A stretch of 64,000 nt of DNA from Desulfoarculaceae bacterium. GTDB lineage: Bacteria; Desulfobacterota; Desulfobulbia; Desulfobulbales; Desulfocapsaceae. Below the pieces are notes generated by a model that did no database searches, was not told where the DNA came from, and was given only the letters and a program-made list of their open reading frames with translations. The position numbers and the translations under genes were made by a program. The stretch spans positions 20,597 through 84,596 of the forward strand of contig JAHYIV010000008.1 of the NCBI GenBank assembly GCA_019429465.1. Reading direction: 5' to 3'. Positions 37,217 through 46,526 of the stretch are shown here, in pieces (position 1 is the first letter of the stretch; each line of letters begins with the position of its first letter).

Positions 37217-37969
37217 TCAGCCCCTGATCGCATAGCCACCATCAACGGTAATAACCTGTCCCTGAATCATCGCGGCCAGACGAGAGCAGAGAAAGATTGC
37301 CGTATCGGCCACATCGTCGGGGGTGGTAAGTCGTCCCAAAGGGGTCCGCCTCAATGCGGTTTCCAGGATCTCATCCCGATTTGGAAATTTCTTCAGGGCA
37401 TCCGTGTCCACTGCCCCGGCACTGATGGTGTTGACATTAATCCCTGCTGGCCCGAACTCCACGGCCAGGTGCCTCACCAGAGACTCAAGGGCCGCCTTTG
37501 AGGCACCCACTGTGGTATAGTTCTCAATAGCCCGGGTAGCGCCCAGACTGGAGACGGCCAGAATCCGACTGCCCCTGCCCATAAGCGGAAAACCCTTCTG
37601 TGCCAGGGTCAGCAAGGCCCTGGCGTTGATATCCATAGCCCAGTCCCAGTGACGCTCGGTAAGCTCCATGACTGGCTTCAAGACACCTGAGGCCGCATTG
37701 GAAACCAGGATATCAAGCGTGCCAAACTCCTTGCCAATAACCTCAAACATGGCGTCAACATCAGACGCTTCAGCCACATTCGCCTTTACCAGCAGACAAC
37801 GACCGCCATGCTCTGCTATAACTGCCGCCGTCTCTTCGGCATCACGTTTATGACGTACATAATTCACCACCAGGTGCACTCCATTCTCCGCCAGGCGGAT
37901 AGCGATTGCCCTGCCGATCCCACGTGAACCGCCTGTCACCAAAGCTACCTTTCCCTGTAAATCGAACAT
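37217..37969 (-). CDS. fabL: SDR-family enoyl-[acyl-carrier-protein] reductase, FabL-like
   Basis: ALVTGGSRGIGRAIAIRLAENG, NAASGVLKPVMELTERHWDW, ENYTTVGASKAALESL, and DTDALKKFPNR closely follow my recollection of Bacillus FabL. Confidence 0.6.
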   Translation of the reverse strand: MFDLQGKVALVTGGSRGIGRAIAIRLAENGVHLVVNYVRHKRDAEETAAVIAEHGGRCLLVKANVAEASDVDAMFEVIGKEFGTLDILVSNAASGVLKPVMELTERHWDWAMDINARALLTLAQKGFPLMGRGSRILAVSSLGATRAIENYTTVGASKAALESLVRHLAVEFGPAGINVNTISAGAVDTDALKKFPNRDEILETALRRTPLGRLTTPDDVADTAIFLCSRLAAMIQGQVITVDGGYAIRG

Positions 37970-38145
37970 GATACATTCCTATTAAAAAAAGATTATATTG
38001 CCCCGTCATGCCAAGTTTCATCTGGGCCGCTATAAAAAATAACAGGGCCACCCGTAAGTCAAAAACGGCGGTCACTCTTCATCCATCCATGGAGCAAGCG
38101 ACACTGGAGCATCCTGCTCAGCGTAAGGATCCGTAACGATACTTG

Positions 38146-38327
38146 TTTGATGGCGTCGTAAAAAGTCGCCAACTGCTTCGTTGCTGCAGGTAAGCGAGCT
38201 TGCGAGACTCCGAATTATCTCGTCACTGCGGCGTACTCAAGTACGCCTCATTCCTCGAAATTTGCGCGCCTCGCATTTGACGCTTTTTACTTAGCCATCC
38301 CAGAAATTGAGTTTTTACGAAATCATC
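38146..38327 (+). repeat. left copy of a 177-bp perfect inverted repeat (182 bp with 1 mismatch)
   Basis: 38146-38322 is exactly the reverse complement of 46350-46526, verified base by base. The repeat contains internal hairpins (GGCGTAC-TCAA-GTACGCC) and GTAAAAAG/CTTTTTAC boxes. Confidence 0.95.
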
Positions 38328-38382
38328 TTGCTTGAAAGAGTCTCATCATTTCGTAACGACTCCTAACCATATAAAACTATTC

Positions 38383-39318
38383 TTATTCCCGTTGCAAGGC
38401 AAGAGCTACTCGCTTCAAGGAATTAAAGACATAGCGCAGTGGCCTGAACCGTACAGGGTCCAGGATTTCCGGGGCCACAAAGCCTGATCCGAAAAAATCA
38501 GCAGGCGCCAGCAACGGGAACGCTATCCCGCAGAGCTGACACCCGGGCAGATCACGCTCTCTGGCAGCCAGCCACAAGGGACTTCTGCCAGGATCGAGCT
38601 CAAGAAGCGTCAGCATGGCGGTGTCAAGTGCCACCGAGCTCCTTGACCCGGCGACACAGCCGAGTGCCAGCGGATCTCCGTGCACGGGCCCATGCCTGTG
38701 CATCACTTCAATACCATCGGCAAGGGTGATATTTTCCGGCAGCAATCGGTCAAGGTCCAGGAGAATCCTGGCAAATTCAAGGTGCGAATCCCCATACCGC
38801 ATATGGAGCCACGACTTACGCATGCCCTTCACTATACCAAAATTATTTTTCACTGCCATACTTACATACATCTGATCATGGGCCTTGATCTTGGGCAGGT
38901 TGACCAGAAGATCACAATCAAGGGCCTCGGCGGCAACACCAATGGAGATTCCTCCGGATAAACGCCGGTGTACAACAGATGAGAATTCAACAAAGCGGAC
39001 ATCCATTCCCCGCACGGCCCGGGAAATTCCCTGACGCTCAACCGTCTTTATAGTGGAGCCAAAGGCAGGAGAGTCACCAATGAAGACCCGACAGCCATGA
39101 TCAAGAAACCAGCTTGCCACCGCCGCAACAAACCCGGCATGGGTACAGGCAAGGGGCGGAGCGCTGGCGCTGATAAGATTGGGCTTCAGTAAGACCCTGG
39201 CGCCAGGCGTGAGATGCAGGTCATCAAGACAGAGAAGAACTCGTTCAAGCACTGGTAAGAGAGACTTACGCTCATAGCCCTGGCAGCGATCAAGAGAGAC
39301 TGAGATAGATGGAAGCAT
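38383..39318 (-). CDS. DUF362 domain-containing protein
   Basis: VLLKPNLISA...THAGFVAAVASWFLDHGCRVFIGDSPAFG is typical of DUF362. I trimmed the start to ATG 39318. Confidence 0.7.
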   Translation of the reverse strand: MLPSISVSLDRCQGYERKSLLPVLERVLLCLDDLHLTPGARVLLKPNLISASAPPLACTHAGFVAAVASWFLDHGCRVFIGDSPAFGSTIKTVERQGISRAVRGMDVRFVEFSSVVHRRLSGGISIGVAAEALDCDLLVNLPKIKAHDQMYVSMAVKNNFGIVKGMRKSWLHMRYGDSHLEFARILLDLDRLLPENITLADGIEVMHRHGPVHGDPLALGCVAGSRSSVALDTAMLTLLELDPGRSPLWLAARERDLPGCQLCGIAFPLLAPADFFGSGFVAPEILDPVRFRPLRYVFNSLKRVALALQRE

Positions 39319-39361
39319 AAAGAGAGAGAGAGACAGCGAGGGACAGAAACCCTGGAAAAAG

Positions 39362-39397
39362 AAAAAGCCGGTCACACAAGAGTGTGACCGGCTTTTT
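39362..39397. terminator. perfect bidirectional terminator-like hairpin between divergent genes
   Basis: The sequence is AAAAAGCCGGTCACAC-AAGA-GTGTGACCGGCTTTTT, giving a 16-bp stem with A/T tails on both sides. Confidence 0.6.
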
Positions 39398-39684
39398 CCA
39401 GGAGAGAAGAGATATCTTACTTACTGCACATCTTGTGCCAGACACACGAAAAAAATATTTAACACACAATATCAGTGGGTTGAGGAAACATCTTACATCC
39501 GGCATCCCTGACAGGAGCCCAAAAATAGTAAAAAAACTATACTTTTCTCTGCAAAACCTATCGATGACACTCTTTTCATACAGCATATCAGATAATTAAC
39601 AGTAATAATTTTTTAAACCAACACCAAAGAGACCATCTCGCCCCAGTCAAGACTCTCCATTTCTCCCTCATATTCTCCATTTTT

Positions 39685-42063
39685 TTGTTGTTTCCAGCAA
39701 CTTCTGCTATGCTCTGGCAGACGACCTTGGCAGACGAGAGTATTTCACGATACAATATTTTATACGATACCTCTATCCCCCTTCACCCAAGAACTCACAT
39801 GGCACCCATCTCAGAATCTACCAGACACCTCCACAAGGCCCTAGGCACTCTTTATCCCTATGGCCCCCACGTCCAGCTGACAGCTCTGGCAGCGGCCCTT
39901 ATGGAAACGACCATCTTATGGCAATCACTGCCAAAGGGTATTCTTCTTTCCGGGCTGTTTTTTTATATTTGCCTTTCATCTGTTTATATTTTTTCAGTTG
40001 CATACGCGCGAAGAAGACCATCATTGAGAGTCAGCAGGACCTGTCGCCTCATGCTTCTCATCATTCTGCTGCAGGCCCTCTGCTGGGGAGGCAGCGTCTT
40101 TCTTGTCAACAATGGCACCTTGCTTGTCTACACCATCCATACACTGTTCCTCTACAGCACCTGTGTCCTCTTCACCATCTCTCTCGCCTCTGTTCCGACT
40201 ATGGCTTATTGTTTTCTCACGATCAGCCTGGGGCCCATGCTCTTCGTCCTCTTTTTCCTGGCCCCTGTCGACATAACCCCACTTACCTATTGTCTGCTGG
40301 TGCTCACCATTCTGCTGGGAGTCACCATCCGCTTCCACTCAATGACGCTTCATGCCGCCATCCGAAAGCACATCCAGGATCAACGCACCCTCCACGACCT
40401 CAAAACACGACTGCAGACATACACCGTACTCTCAGACAGTTTTTCAGCCGTCAGCGTCCTGAACGACTTCAGAATAGAACTGCAAAAATTTAGCGAACAA
40501 AAAACAACGGAAGCAATGGCCCGCAACGAAGCAATCTGGGATACGATTCTTACCATCACCAATCAGTCCCATCTCCAGGATAACTGGCACCACTGTTTCA
40601 GCGGAAAACTCGCCAACCTCTGCCGGCCCCTGGAATCCGACCGGATCTATATCGCCGAAGCAGACAAAGGAGCCAGGGAAGCGCCTACTCATTCACCAGA
40701 CAAATACCAGGCATCCATTGACCATAGCTGGATATTTAACAATTCTGACTGCGTGGCCCTCCTGAAAAAAGGAAGAATGGTCCATAACCAGTCACCCCAG
40801 TTGTCAGAGCAGCAACAAAAGGCCCTCAAGGGCCTTGGCGTCAAGGCCTTTCTCGATATCCCTATCCTGTTAAAACAGGAGCTCTGGGGAATCATAGGCA
40901 TGGAAAGGCTGACAAATGCCACCCCTTTTACCCCGCAGCAGATCAAGGGACTTCAATTTATCGCCAATATCCTGGCCATGACCATCCGCAACCAGCAGGA
41001 TCGCACAGAAAGGAACCGCCTGGCAACCGTTATAGAGCAATCAAGCGACTGCACCCTTATCACTGATCCCGCAGGCCGGATCCTGTATGCCAATCCGGCC
41101 TGTGAAACCATCACCGGCTATTCACACTCAGAACTCATGGGCACCAATATCCAAAAGCTTCATCCCGAGACCGGCAGGGACAGCAACATCTGGCAGCAGA
41201 TATCAACGGCCCTGAAGAATGGAGAAAGATGGCAGGGTCAATTTACCAATCATCGTAAAGATCACGCCCTGTATGAAGAAGAGATGCTCCTTTCACCGGC
41301 CTACGATCATGAGGGCAGAATCGCCACGCAAGTGATAGTCAAGCGCAACATCACGGAAAAAAAACGACTGGAATCGATTGTGGAGGCCGCAAACCTCATG
41401 GATAATATCGGCTTTATCTTCTCCTCCATTCGCCATGAACTGGGCAACCCGATCAACTCGATCAAGGTCTCGCTCTCGGTTCTCGACTCCAATCTGGAGC
41501 TCTACGACAAAAACAACATCAAACGTTTTATCAACCGCAGCCTTGCAGATATTGTCCGCGTTGAATATCTGCTCAAGACACTCAAGAATTTCAGTATATT
41601 TGAGCGCCCGATCATCGAAAGAACAGATATGACAACCCTGCTCAACAAGTTCATCGCCCTGATTGCCACCGATCTCCAGCGAAAAAACATCCGCCTGACC
41701 GCCGCCATCCCCAAAGAACCCAGTATCGGCATGATAGACCCCCGAGCATTTCAGCAGGTGCTGCTCAACCTTATCGCCAACGCCGCCGACGCCCTTACCG
41801 AGACTGAACAAAAAAACATCTCTCTGACTATGCTCAAAGAAGAAAACGGGCAGATCAATATCATTATCGGCGACAATGGCTGTGGAATCAGTGATGTTGA
41901 ACAGGCCAGTCTGTTCAAACCTTTTTTTACCACCAAACCGCAAGGAACCGGTCTGGGACTGGTTATTGTCAAAAAAATGCTTTCCAAGATGAACTGTTCC
42001 ATCGATATCCGCAGTAAAAGCGACAAGGGAACCAAGGTTCTTATTGTTATTCCCGGCTGTTGA
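39685..42063 (+). CDS. sensor histidine kinase (multi-TM N-terminus, GAF-like, PAS, HisKA, HATPase_c)
   Basis: The H-box is FSSIRHELGNPINSI, the N-box is LLNLIANAADAL, and the G-boxes are DNGCGI and GTGLGL. A PAS domain (ATVIEQSSDCTLITDPAGRILYANPACETITGY) and about 6 TM helices lie upstream. The start is ambiguous (TTG 39685, ATG 39708 or ATG 39799). Confidence 0.85.
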   Translation: MLFPATSAMLWQTTLADESISRYNILYDTSIPLHPRTHMAPISESTRHLHKALGTLYPYGPHVQLTALAAALMETTILWQSLPKGILLSGLFFYICLSSVYIFSVAYARRRPSLRVSRTCRLMLLIILLQALCWGGSVFLVNNGTLLVYTIHTLFLYSTCVLFTISLASVPTMAYCFLTISLGPMLFVLFFLAPVDITPLTYCLLVLTILLGVTIRFHSMTLHAAIRKHIQDQRTLHDLKTRLQTYTVLSDSFSAVSVLNDFRIELQKFSEQKTTEAMARNEAIWDTILTITNQSHLQDNWHHCFSGKLANLCRPLESDRIYIAEADKGAREAPTHSPDKYQASIDHSWIFNNSDCVALLKKGRMVHNQSPQLSEQQQKALKGLGVKAFLDIPILLKQELWGIIGMERLTNATPFTPQQIKGLQFIANILAMTIRNQQDRTERNRLATVIEQSSDCTLITDPAGRILYANPACETITGYSHSELMGTNIQKLHPETGRDSNIWQQISTALKNGERWQGQFTNHRKDHALYEEEMLLSPAYDHEGRIATQVIVKRNITEKKRLESIVEAANLMDNIGFIFSSIRHELGNPINSIKVSLSVLDSNLELYDKNNIKRFINRSLADIVRVEYLLKTLKNFSIFERPIIERTDMTTLLNKFIALIATDLQRKNIRLTAAIPKEPSIGMIDPRAFQQVLLNLIANAADALTETEQKNISLTMLKEENGQINIIIGDNGCGISDVEQASLFKPFFTTKPQGTGLGLVIVKKMLSKMNCSIDIRSKSDKGTKVLIVIPGC

Positions 42064-42246
42064 CAACTTTTTCTGGACACAGACCAACCACACATGATAG
42101 AAAGAAAAGATTCGGATACCCTTTACCCGCATCATCACTTCACGCTTCATCAGCTCAGCGGTGTGAAAGGAACAGGGGATGTCTCCTCCTTTCCTCCTGA
42201 TGACCAGTCACATCTATCACCCGGCTAAGCCGGTACGGAAACCACT

Positions 42247-43440
42247 ATGAATACCGTTCTTATTGTTGACGACGATGAAAGTTTTTTGCTCAGCCTAATC
42301 GATGGCTTCAAGTCCTACGAGGATCAATTCGGCATCATGACCGCCAATAACGGTGAAGAGGCGGTTGCCATTCTCGATGAACAGGACATCCACCTGGTCC
42401 TCACCGACCTGAAGATGCCCAAGATGGACGGGTTTGAGCTGGTCGCCCATCTCAGCTCCCATCACCCGGAGATCCCGGTCATTGTCATGACCGCCTTCGG
42501 CACACCGGAGATGGAAGAGAGCCTGAAAGAAATCGGCACCTTTCAGTATATCGAAAAGCCTATCGATTTCAAGATACTGGTCACCAAGATCCTGACAGGA
42601 CTTGAAGGGCGCTCCAAGGGCTTCATCACCGGGGTCTCTTTGAGTTCATTTCTCCAGCTGCTGGAAATGGACAAAAAAACATGCACCCTCACCGTTCGTT
42701 CCGGAAGGCATCAGGGCAATATGTATTTCAAAAACGGAGATCTTCTGGATGCCGACACCGATGATCTCTCTGGAACCGATGCCGCCTTTGAGATTGTCAG
42801 CTGGAAGAATGTGGAGATTGTCCTTGCCAACTCCTGCAATATCACGGAGCCAAAGATCTTTGACTCCCTTGGCTTTATCCTGCTTGAGGGCAGCAGGAGG
42901 CAGGACGAACGAAACACCTCTGCCACCAGTCCTGCTGTGCAAACTGATTCTGAAACCTCACCAGAGTCAACGGGCCTGACTGGCCTGGATCTGGATCTGG
43001 ATCTGGATGACCTCCTCCATGATGAAGCTTCCTTCTCAACTCCCTCCCCAGCGGTCGAGGCAGTGACAGTACCCACCACGGCCTCAAGCCACTCATCCAA
43101 CCCGGCCTTACAGCAATTTATCACCATGCTGGGAGCCATGCCCGAGATCAGCAGCTCCATTCTGGTCTCCAGAGATGGCAACGTAGTCCACGCTGACAAG
43201 GCAGGTGATGACCAGATTGTAAATTTTATCACTTATGTCTCCGTGGTCGGCCAGCAGCTGCAAGCGGCAATGGGAACCGGTGACCAGCATTACGCCCTGC
43301 TTACCATGAGCAATGGCAGCAGGCTCCTTGTTCTCTGCGGCAAGGAAGTCGTAGCCGGCCTGGAAATTGGCGCTACCGTGGCCCCGGGCCCGGTGGCTAC
43401 TGGCTTACGGCCCGTGCTCAGCAGGATCAGCCTGCAATAA
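42247..43440 (+). CDS. response regulator: REC + DUF4388/PATAN + Roadblock/LC7-like C-terminal domain
   Basis: REC domain: LIVDDDESF...LVLTDLKMPKMDG. PATAN-like domain: GVSLSSFLQLLEMDKKTCTLTVRSGRHQGNMYFKNGDLLDA. A low-complexity LDLDLDLDDL linker follows. Roadblock-like domain: MPEISSSILVSRDGNVVHA...SRLLVL. Confidence 0.7.
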   Translation: MNTVLIVDDDESFLLSLIDGFKSYEDQFGIMTANNGEEAVAILDEQDIHLVLTDLKMPKMDGFELVAHLSSHHPEIPVIVMTAFGTPEMEESLKEIGTFQYIEKPIDFKILVTKILTGLEGRSKGFITGVSLSSFLQLLEMDKKTCTLTVRSGRHQGNMYFKNGDLLDADTDDLSGTDAAFEIVSWKNVEIVLANSCNITEPKIFDSLGFILLEGSRRQDERNTSATSPAVQTDSETSPESTGLTGLDLDLDLDDLLHDEASFSTPSPAVEAVTVPTTASSHSSNPALQQFITMLGAMPEISSSILVSRDGNVVHADKAGDDQIVNFITYVSVVGQQLQAAMGTGDQHYALLTMSNGSRLLVLCGKEVVAGLEIGATVAPGPVATGLRPVLSRISLQ

Positions 43441-43576
43441 GAAGATACCGTTCGTCATTTCCAGGGCAGGATTCTTTTGTGACCACGGCTCAGGAATAAA
43501 ACATTCACTCCCCACCCCCAAAAAAAAACGCTACCCACGAAGCAACTGGGACACAGACCATAAAAGGAAATGCACC

Positions 43577-44233
43577 ATGGACTCACTCCTCAAGGAAATA
43601 AATATGCTTCCCGGAGTTTTCGGCTGCTTTATTTACACCGGGAATCAAGAGCTGGCAGCCGCAAAACTGCCACCAATATTCAAAGAAAACACCATAAAGA
43701 GCATGGGCAATCTCCTCACCCGTGCCCTTAAAATGGGCGGATTGGCCAATCTGGATCTGACGGGAATTGAGTTCAAATTCGATGTATCACTGCTCATTGT
43801 CAAGCCCCTGGAACAGGGATCTATTCTGGTCATGGTCTGTGAACCTGCCGTCAACAAATCCCTCATCAACATGACCATCTCCATGTTGATCGGGGATATT
43901 CAGGCCGCGATCAACAGAGGCCCGGAGCAGGCCCAGGTCATTGCCCAAGCACCTGCCCAGACCCAGCACGTGGCCGCTGCGGCCCCGGTAAAACAGCAGG
44001 AGGCCGATATTGACGCGACACTGGCGCCGATACTTGAAGACATCAAGGAGGCCCTGGCCTATGCCATCGGGCCCATTGCCGGACAGGTCATGAGAGACAT
44101 CATTAACACCTGGGCACAGCAGGGTCCAACTTCGAGGCAACAACTGCCAGCCCTGGCCGCACTGCTTTGCCAGGAGATCAACGACCGCGAGCTGGAAGCA
44201 GATTTCATGAGTCAGATCAAGCCCTTGTTCTGA
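43577..44233 (+). CDS. Roadblock/LC7 (MglB-like) domain protein with a C-terminal extension
   Basis: The ATG at 43577 follows AAAGGAAA. LPGVFGCFIYTGNQELAAAKLP...LLIVKPLEQGSILVMVCE fits the Roadblock pattern. I do not recognise the Ala/Gln-rich linker and C-terminal helical region. Confidence 0.6.
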   Translation: MDSLLKEINMLPGVFGCFIYTGNQELAAAKLPPIFKENTIKSMGNLLTRALKMGGLANLDLTGIEFKFDVSLLIVKPLEQGSILVMVCEPAVNKSLINMTISMLIGDIQAAINRGPEQAQVIAQAPAQTQHVAAAAPVKQQEADIDATLAPILEDIKEALAYAIGPIAGQVMRDIINTWAQQGPTSRQQLPALAALLCQEINDRELEADFMSQIKPLF

Positions 44234-44278
44234 CCGACAGATTAATCCTGCCGGTGCCGTTTTTCAACGGTGAACGGT

Positions 44279-45982
44279 CTATTGACTGACTGTTGAGCCT
44301 GTAATGACCGCGGTTTTATGCAACCGGTAGAGGCTTACCTCCCGTTCCGCTAAAAATATTATCACCCCCCGCTCACCTTCCAGACTGAGGCCAAGCTCCC
44401 GAAGACACTGCCCTGAAAAACGCAGAAAGAAACCTTTTTTAAAAAACTGATTCCTGCTGAACTTGTCGAAAACACCGGCAAGATCTGCTGCTGTCTGTTC
44501 ATAGACATCACTCCTCACCGCCAGCGGCTGTTCTTCTGCGAGTTCGACCTGGAGAAACGATGGCAGAAAACGATGGCCACAACGCAGCCAGTCATAGCGC
44601 AAAAGTTCCAGGAGTAACAAGCCGTCCTTCCTCTCCTGGATCAACTGACTGAGTATCTCCCCCATAAATTCCTGAGTGGGAGCCAGTCCAAAAAAATTCT
44701 GGTGCTGGCAGAGACGCAGGAGTTTCTGAAAAAAAGAAAACACATCCTCTTCCTTTCGCCGCAGATACGCCCACAGTGAAGGAAAATAACGATTATTGAC
44801 AAATTTTTCTACACACTCACACAACCAGTACAGTTCCTGTAAAGTGGCATGATCCATCCATTGATTGGCCAGCACCGCATAGGGAGGCTGCCTGCAGTTC
44901 GTGTACGAAAAACGCTCCGCATCCCTGCTGATCGCCGTGCCGGGCAGCAGCTTCAACAATCCCATCTGCAGATAATGAGCGCCTGTGGAAAAAAGATCAG
45001 CAAAGGAGCGACCAAAGTTCTCCCGGGTCTCATAGGGAAGACCAAGGATCAGATCGACATGGAGATGGATGGAACCAAGCGCCACTAATCTTTTGATATT
45101 CCGCAAAGCGCTTGCCAACTCGACCACGCGCCCAACGGCCTGCAGGGTTTGCTCATGGGTGGACTGTACCCCGATCTCAAACTGAAAACGGCCGACTGGC
45201 ACGGTCTGGAGAAAGGCAAACATCTCTTCCGTAAAACGATCAGGAGTGATCTCAAAATGAAACAGGGTCTCGGTCTCTGTCCCCATGAGAAACTTCCAGA
45301 TAGCCAAGGCCCGTTCCGGCCTGTCATTAAAGGTTCGATCGACAAAACGCAGCGTCGCCGGCTTATGAGACAGGATCTGGGCCAGCTCCTGCTGAACCTG
45401 GGGGAGTTCCTTGTGATAGACCCCTTTTTCTGCAGATGACAGGCAATAGGAGCAGGAAAAGGGACACCCTCTGGAGCTCTCATAATAAACAGCCCTGTCT
45501 TTCAGATGCGCACTGAAGTCCTCTTCGCGATACGGTGACAGGAGGAACCGATCCTGCATCTGCAGAAAGGACCCTCCATACACGGGCTGCAGCGCCCTTT
45601 TTTCCAGGTCCCGGTAAAAGGCCTTGTTCAGAGCCTCCATATCACCACTGACCACCGTACAGCGCACTGGAGGGAGATTGCGGCCGATGATCACGGCCTG
45701 AGGCCCACCCACCACCACCCCGCAGTCTGGCAGACAGACCTGCAGGTCCCGAATCAACTGTTCCACCCGATCGGAGTTCCAGACAGCCGCGGAAAAAAAG
45801 ATATAATCCGGACTCCCCTGACTGAGACGAAGCAGCGTTTCATAGTAGGAATCATTGATTGTCAGCTGACACAACTCGGTATCAACATCCAGACAGTTCT
45901 TCTCCAGTTCGTTACGCACATGGAACAAGGCCAGACAGGAATGGGTGAAGCGGGCATTAAGGGCCACGATTTTGATCTGCAT
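44279..45982 (-). CDS. B12-binding-domain radical SAM protein (DUF4080-type C-terminus)
   Basis: The N-terminal B12-binding-like domain is MQIKIVALNARFTHSCLAL. The radical SAM cluster motif is SSRGCPFSCSYC. I trimmed the start to ATG 45982. Confidence 0.75.
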   Translation of the reverse strand: MQIKIVALNARFTHSCLALFHVRNELEKNCLDVDTELCQLTINDSYYETLLRLSQGSPDYIFFSAAVWNSDRVEQLIRDLQVCLPDCGVVVGGPQAVIIGRNLPPVRCTVVSGDMEALNKAFYRDLEKRALQPVYGGSFLQMQDRFLLSPYREEDFSAHLKDRAVYYESSRGCPFSCSYCLSSAEKGVYHKELPQVQQELAQILSHKPATLRFVDRTFNDRPERALAIWKFLMGTETETLFHFEITPDRFTEEMFAFLQTVPVGRFQFEIGVQSTHEQTLQAVGRVVELASALRNIKRLVALGSIHLHVDLILGLPYETRENFGRSFADLFSTGAHYLQMGLLKLLPGTAISRDAERFSYTNCRQPPYAVLANQWMDHATLQELYWLCECVEKFVNNRYFPSLWAYLRRKEEDVFSFFQKLLRLCQHQNFFGLAPTQEFMGEILSQLIQERKDGLLLLELLRYDWLRCGHRFLPSFLQVELAEEQPLAVRSDVYEQTAADLAGVFDKFSRNQFFKKGFFLRFSGQCLRELGLSLEGERGVIIFLAEREVSLYRLHKTAVITGSTVSQ

Positions 45983-46014
45983 TGCAAATATCTTTGTCTT
46001 ATTTTCGTTCAGAC

Positions 46015-46194
46015 CTATTTCTGACAATCAGCCCACCAGCAGCAATCTCTCTGGACACAGGCAACAATCGCTGTTTGATAACAGGGCGTGTTCCCTTCCT
46101 TGAGCTGGATAGCCCTGATCAAATCCACTTTGCGCATCTTGGTGCCATTAATCCCCATCTCCCTTGCTATCTTTCTTATTTCTTTAACAATCAT
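46015..46194 (-). CDS. small Cys-rich protein (59 aa) with a Rho_N/SAP-like N-terminus; below the ORF-track length cutoff
   Basis: The minus strand reads GGAGG-7 nt-ATG (46194). The product is MIVKEIRKIAREMGINGTKMRKVDLIRAIQLKEGNTPCYQTAIVACVQRDCCWWADCQK, ending at TAG 46017-46015. The gene lies 32 nt upstream of, and co-directional with, the radical SAM gene. Confidence 0.6.
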   Translation of the reverse strand: MIVKEIRKIAREMGINGTKMRKVDLIRAIQLKEGNTPCYQTAIVACVQRDCCWWADCQK

Positions 46195-46344
46195 AATAAG
46201 TCCTCCGTCCTAAAGTGTTGTGATTTTTCTCGTCTGTACTCATGATCAACACGCTCACTTTTTTCAATCAAGTTTTCAACAGACAACCGCAAAAGTCAAA
46301 TGACTCAAAATGAGCGTGTATCTCAATTCTCAATCTTCAAACTT

Positions 46345-46526
46345 GATGGTTTCGTAAAAACTCAATTTCTGGGATGGCTAAGTAAAAAGCGTCAAATGCG
46401 AGGCGCGCAAATTTCGAGGAATGAGGCGTACTTGAGTACGCCGCAGTGACGAGATAATTCGGAGTCTCGCAAGCTCGCTTACCTGCAGCAACGAAGCAGT
46501 TGGCGACTTTTTACGACGCCATCAAA
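46345..46526 (-). repeat. right copy of the 177-bp perfect inverted repeat
   Basis: 46350-46526 is the exact reverse complement of 38146-38322. Confidence 0.95.
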
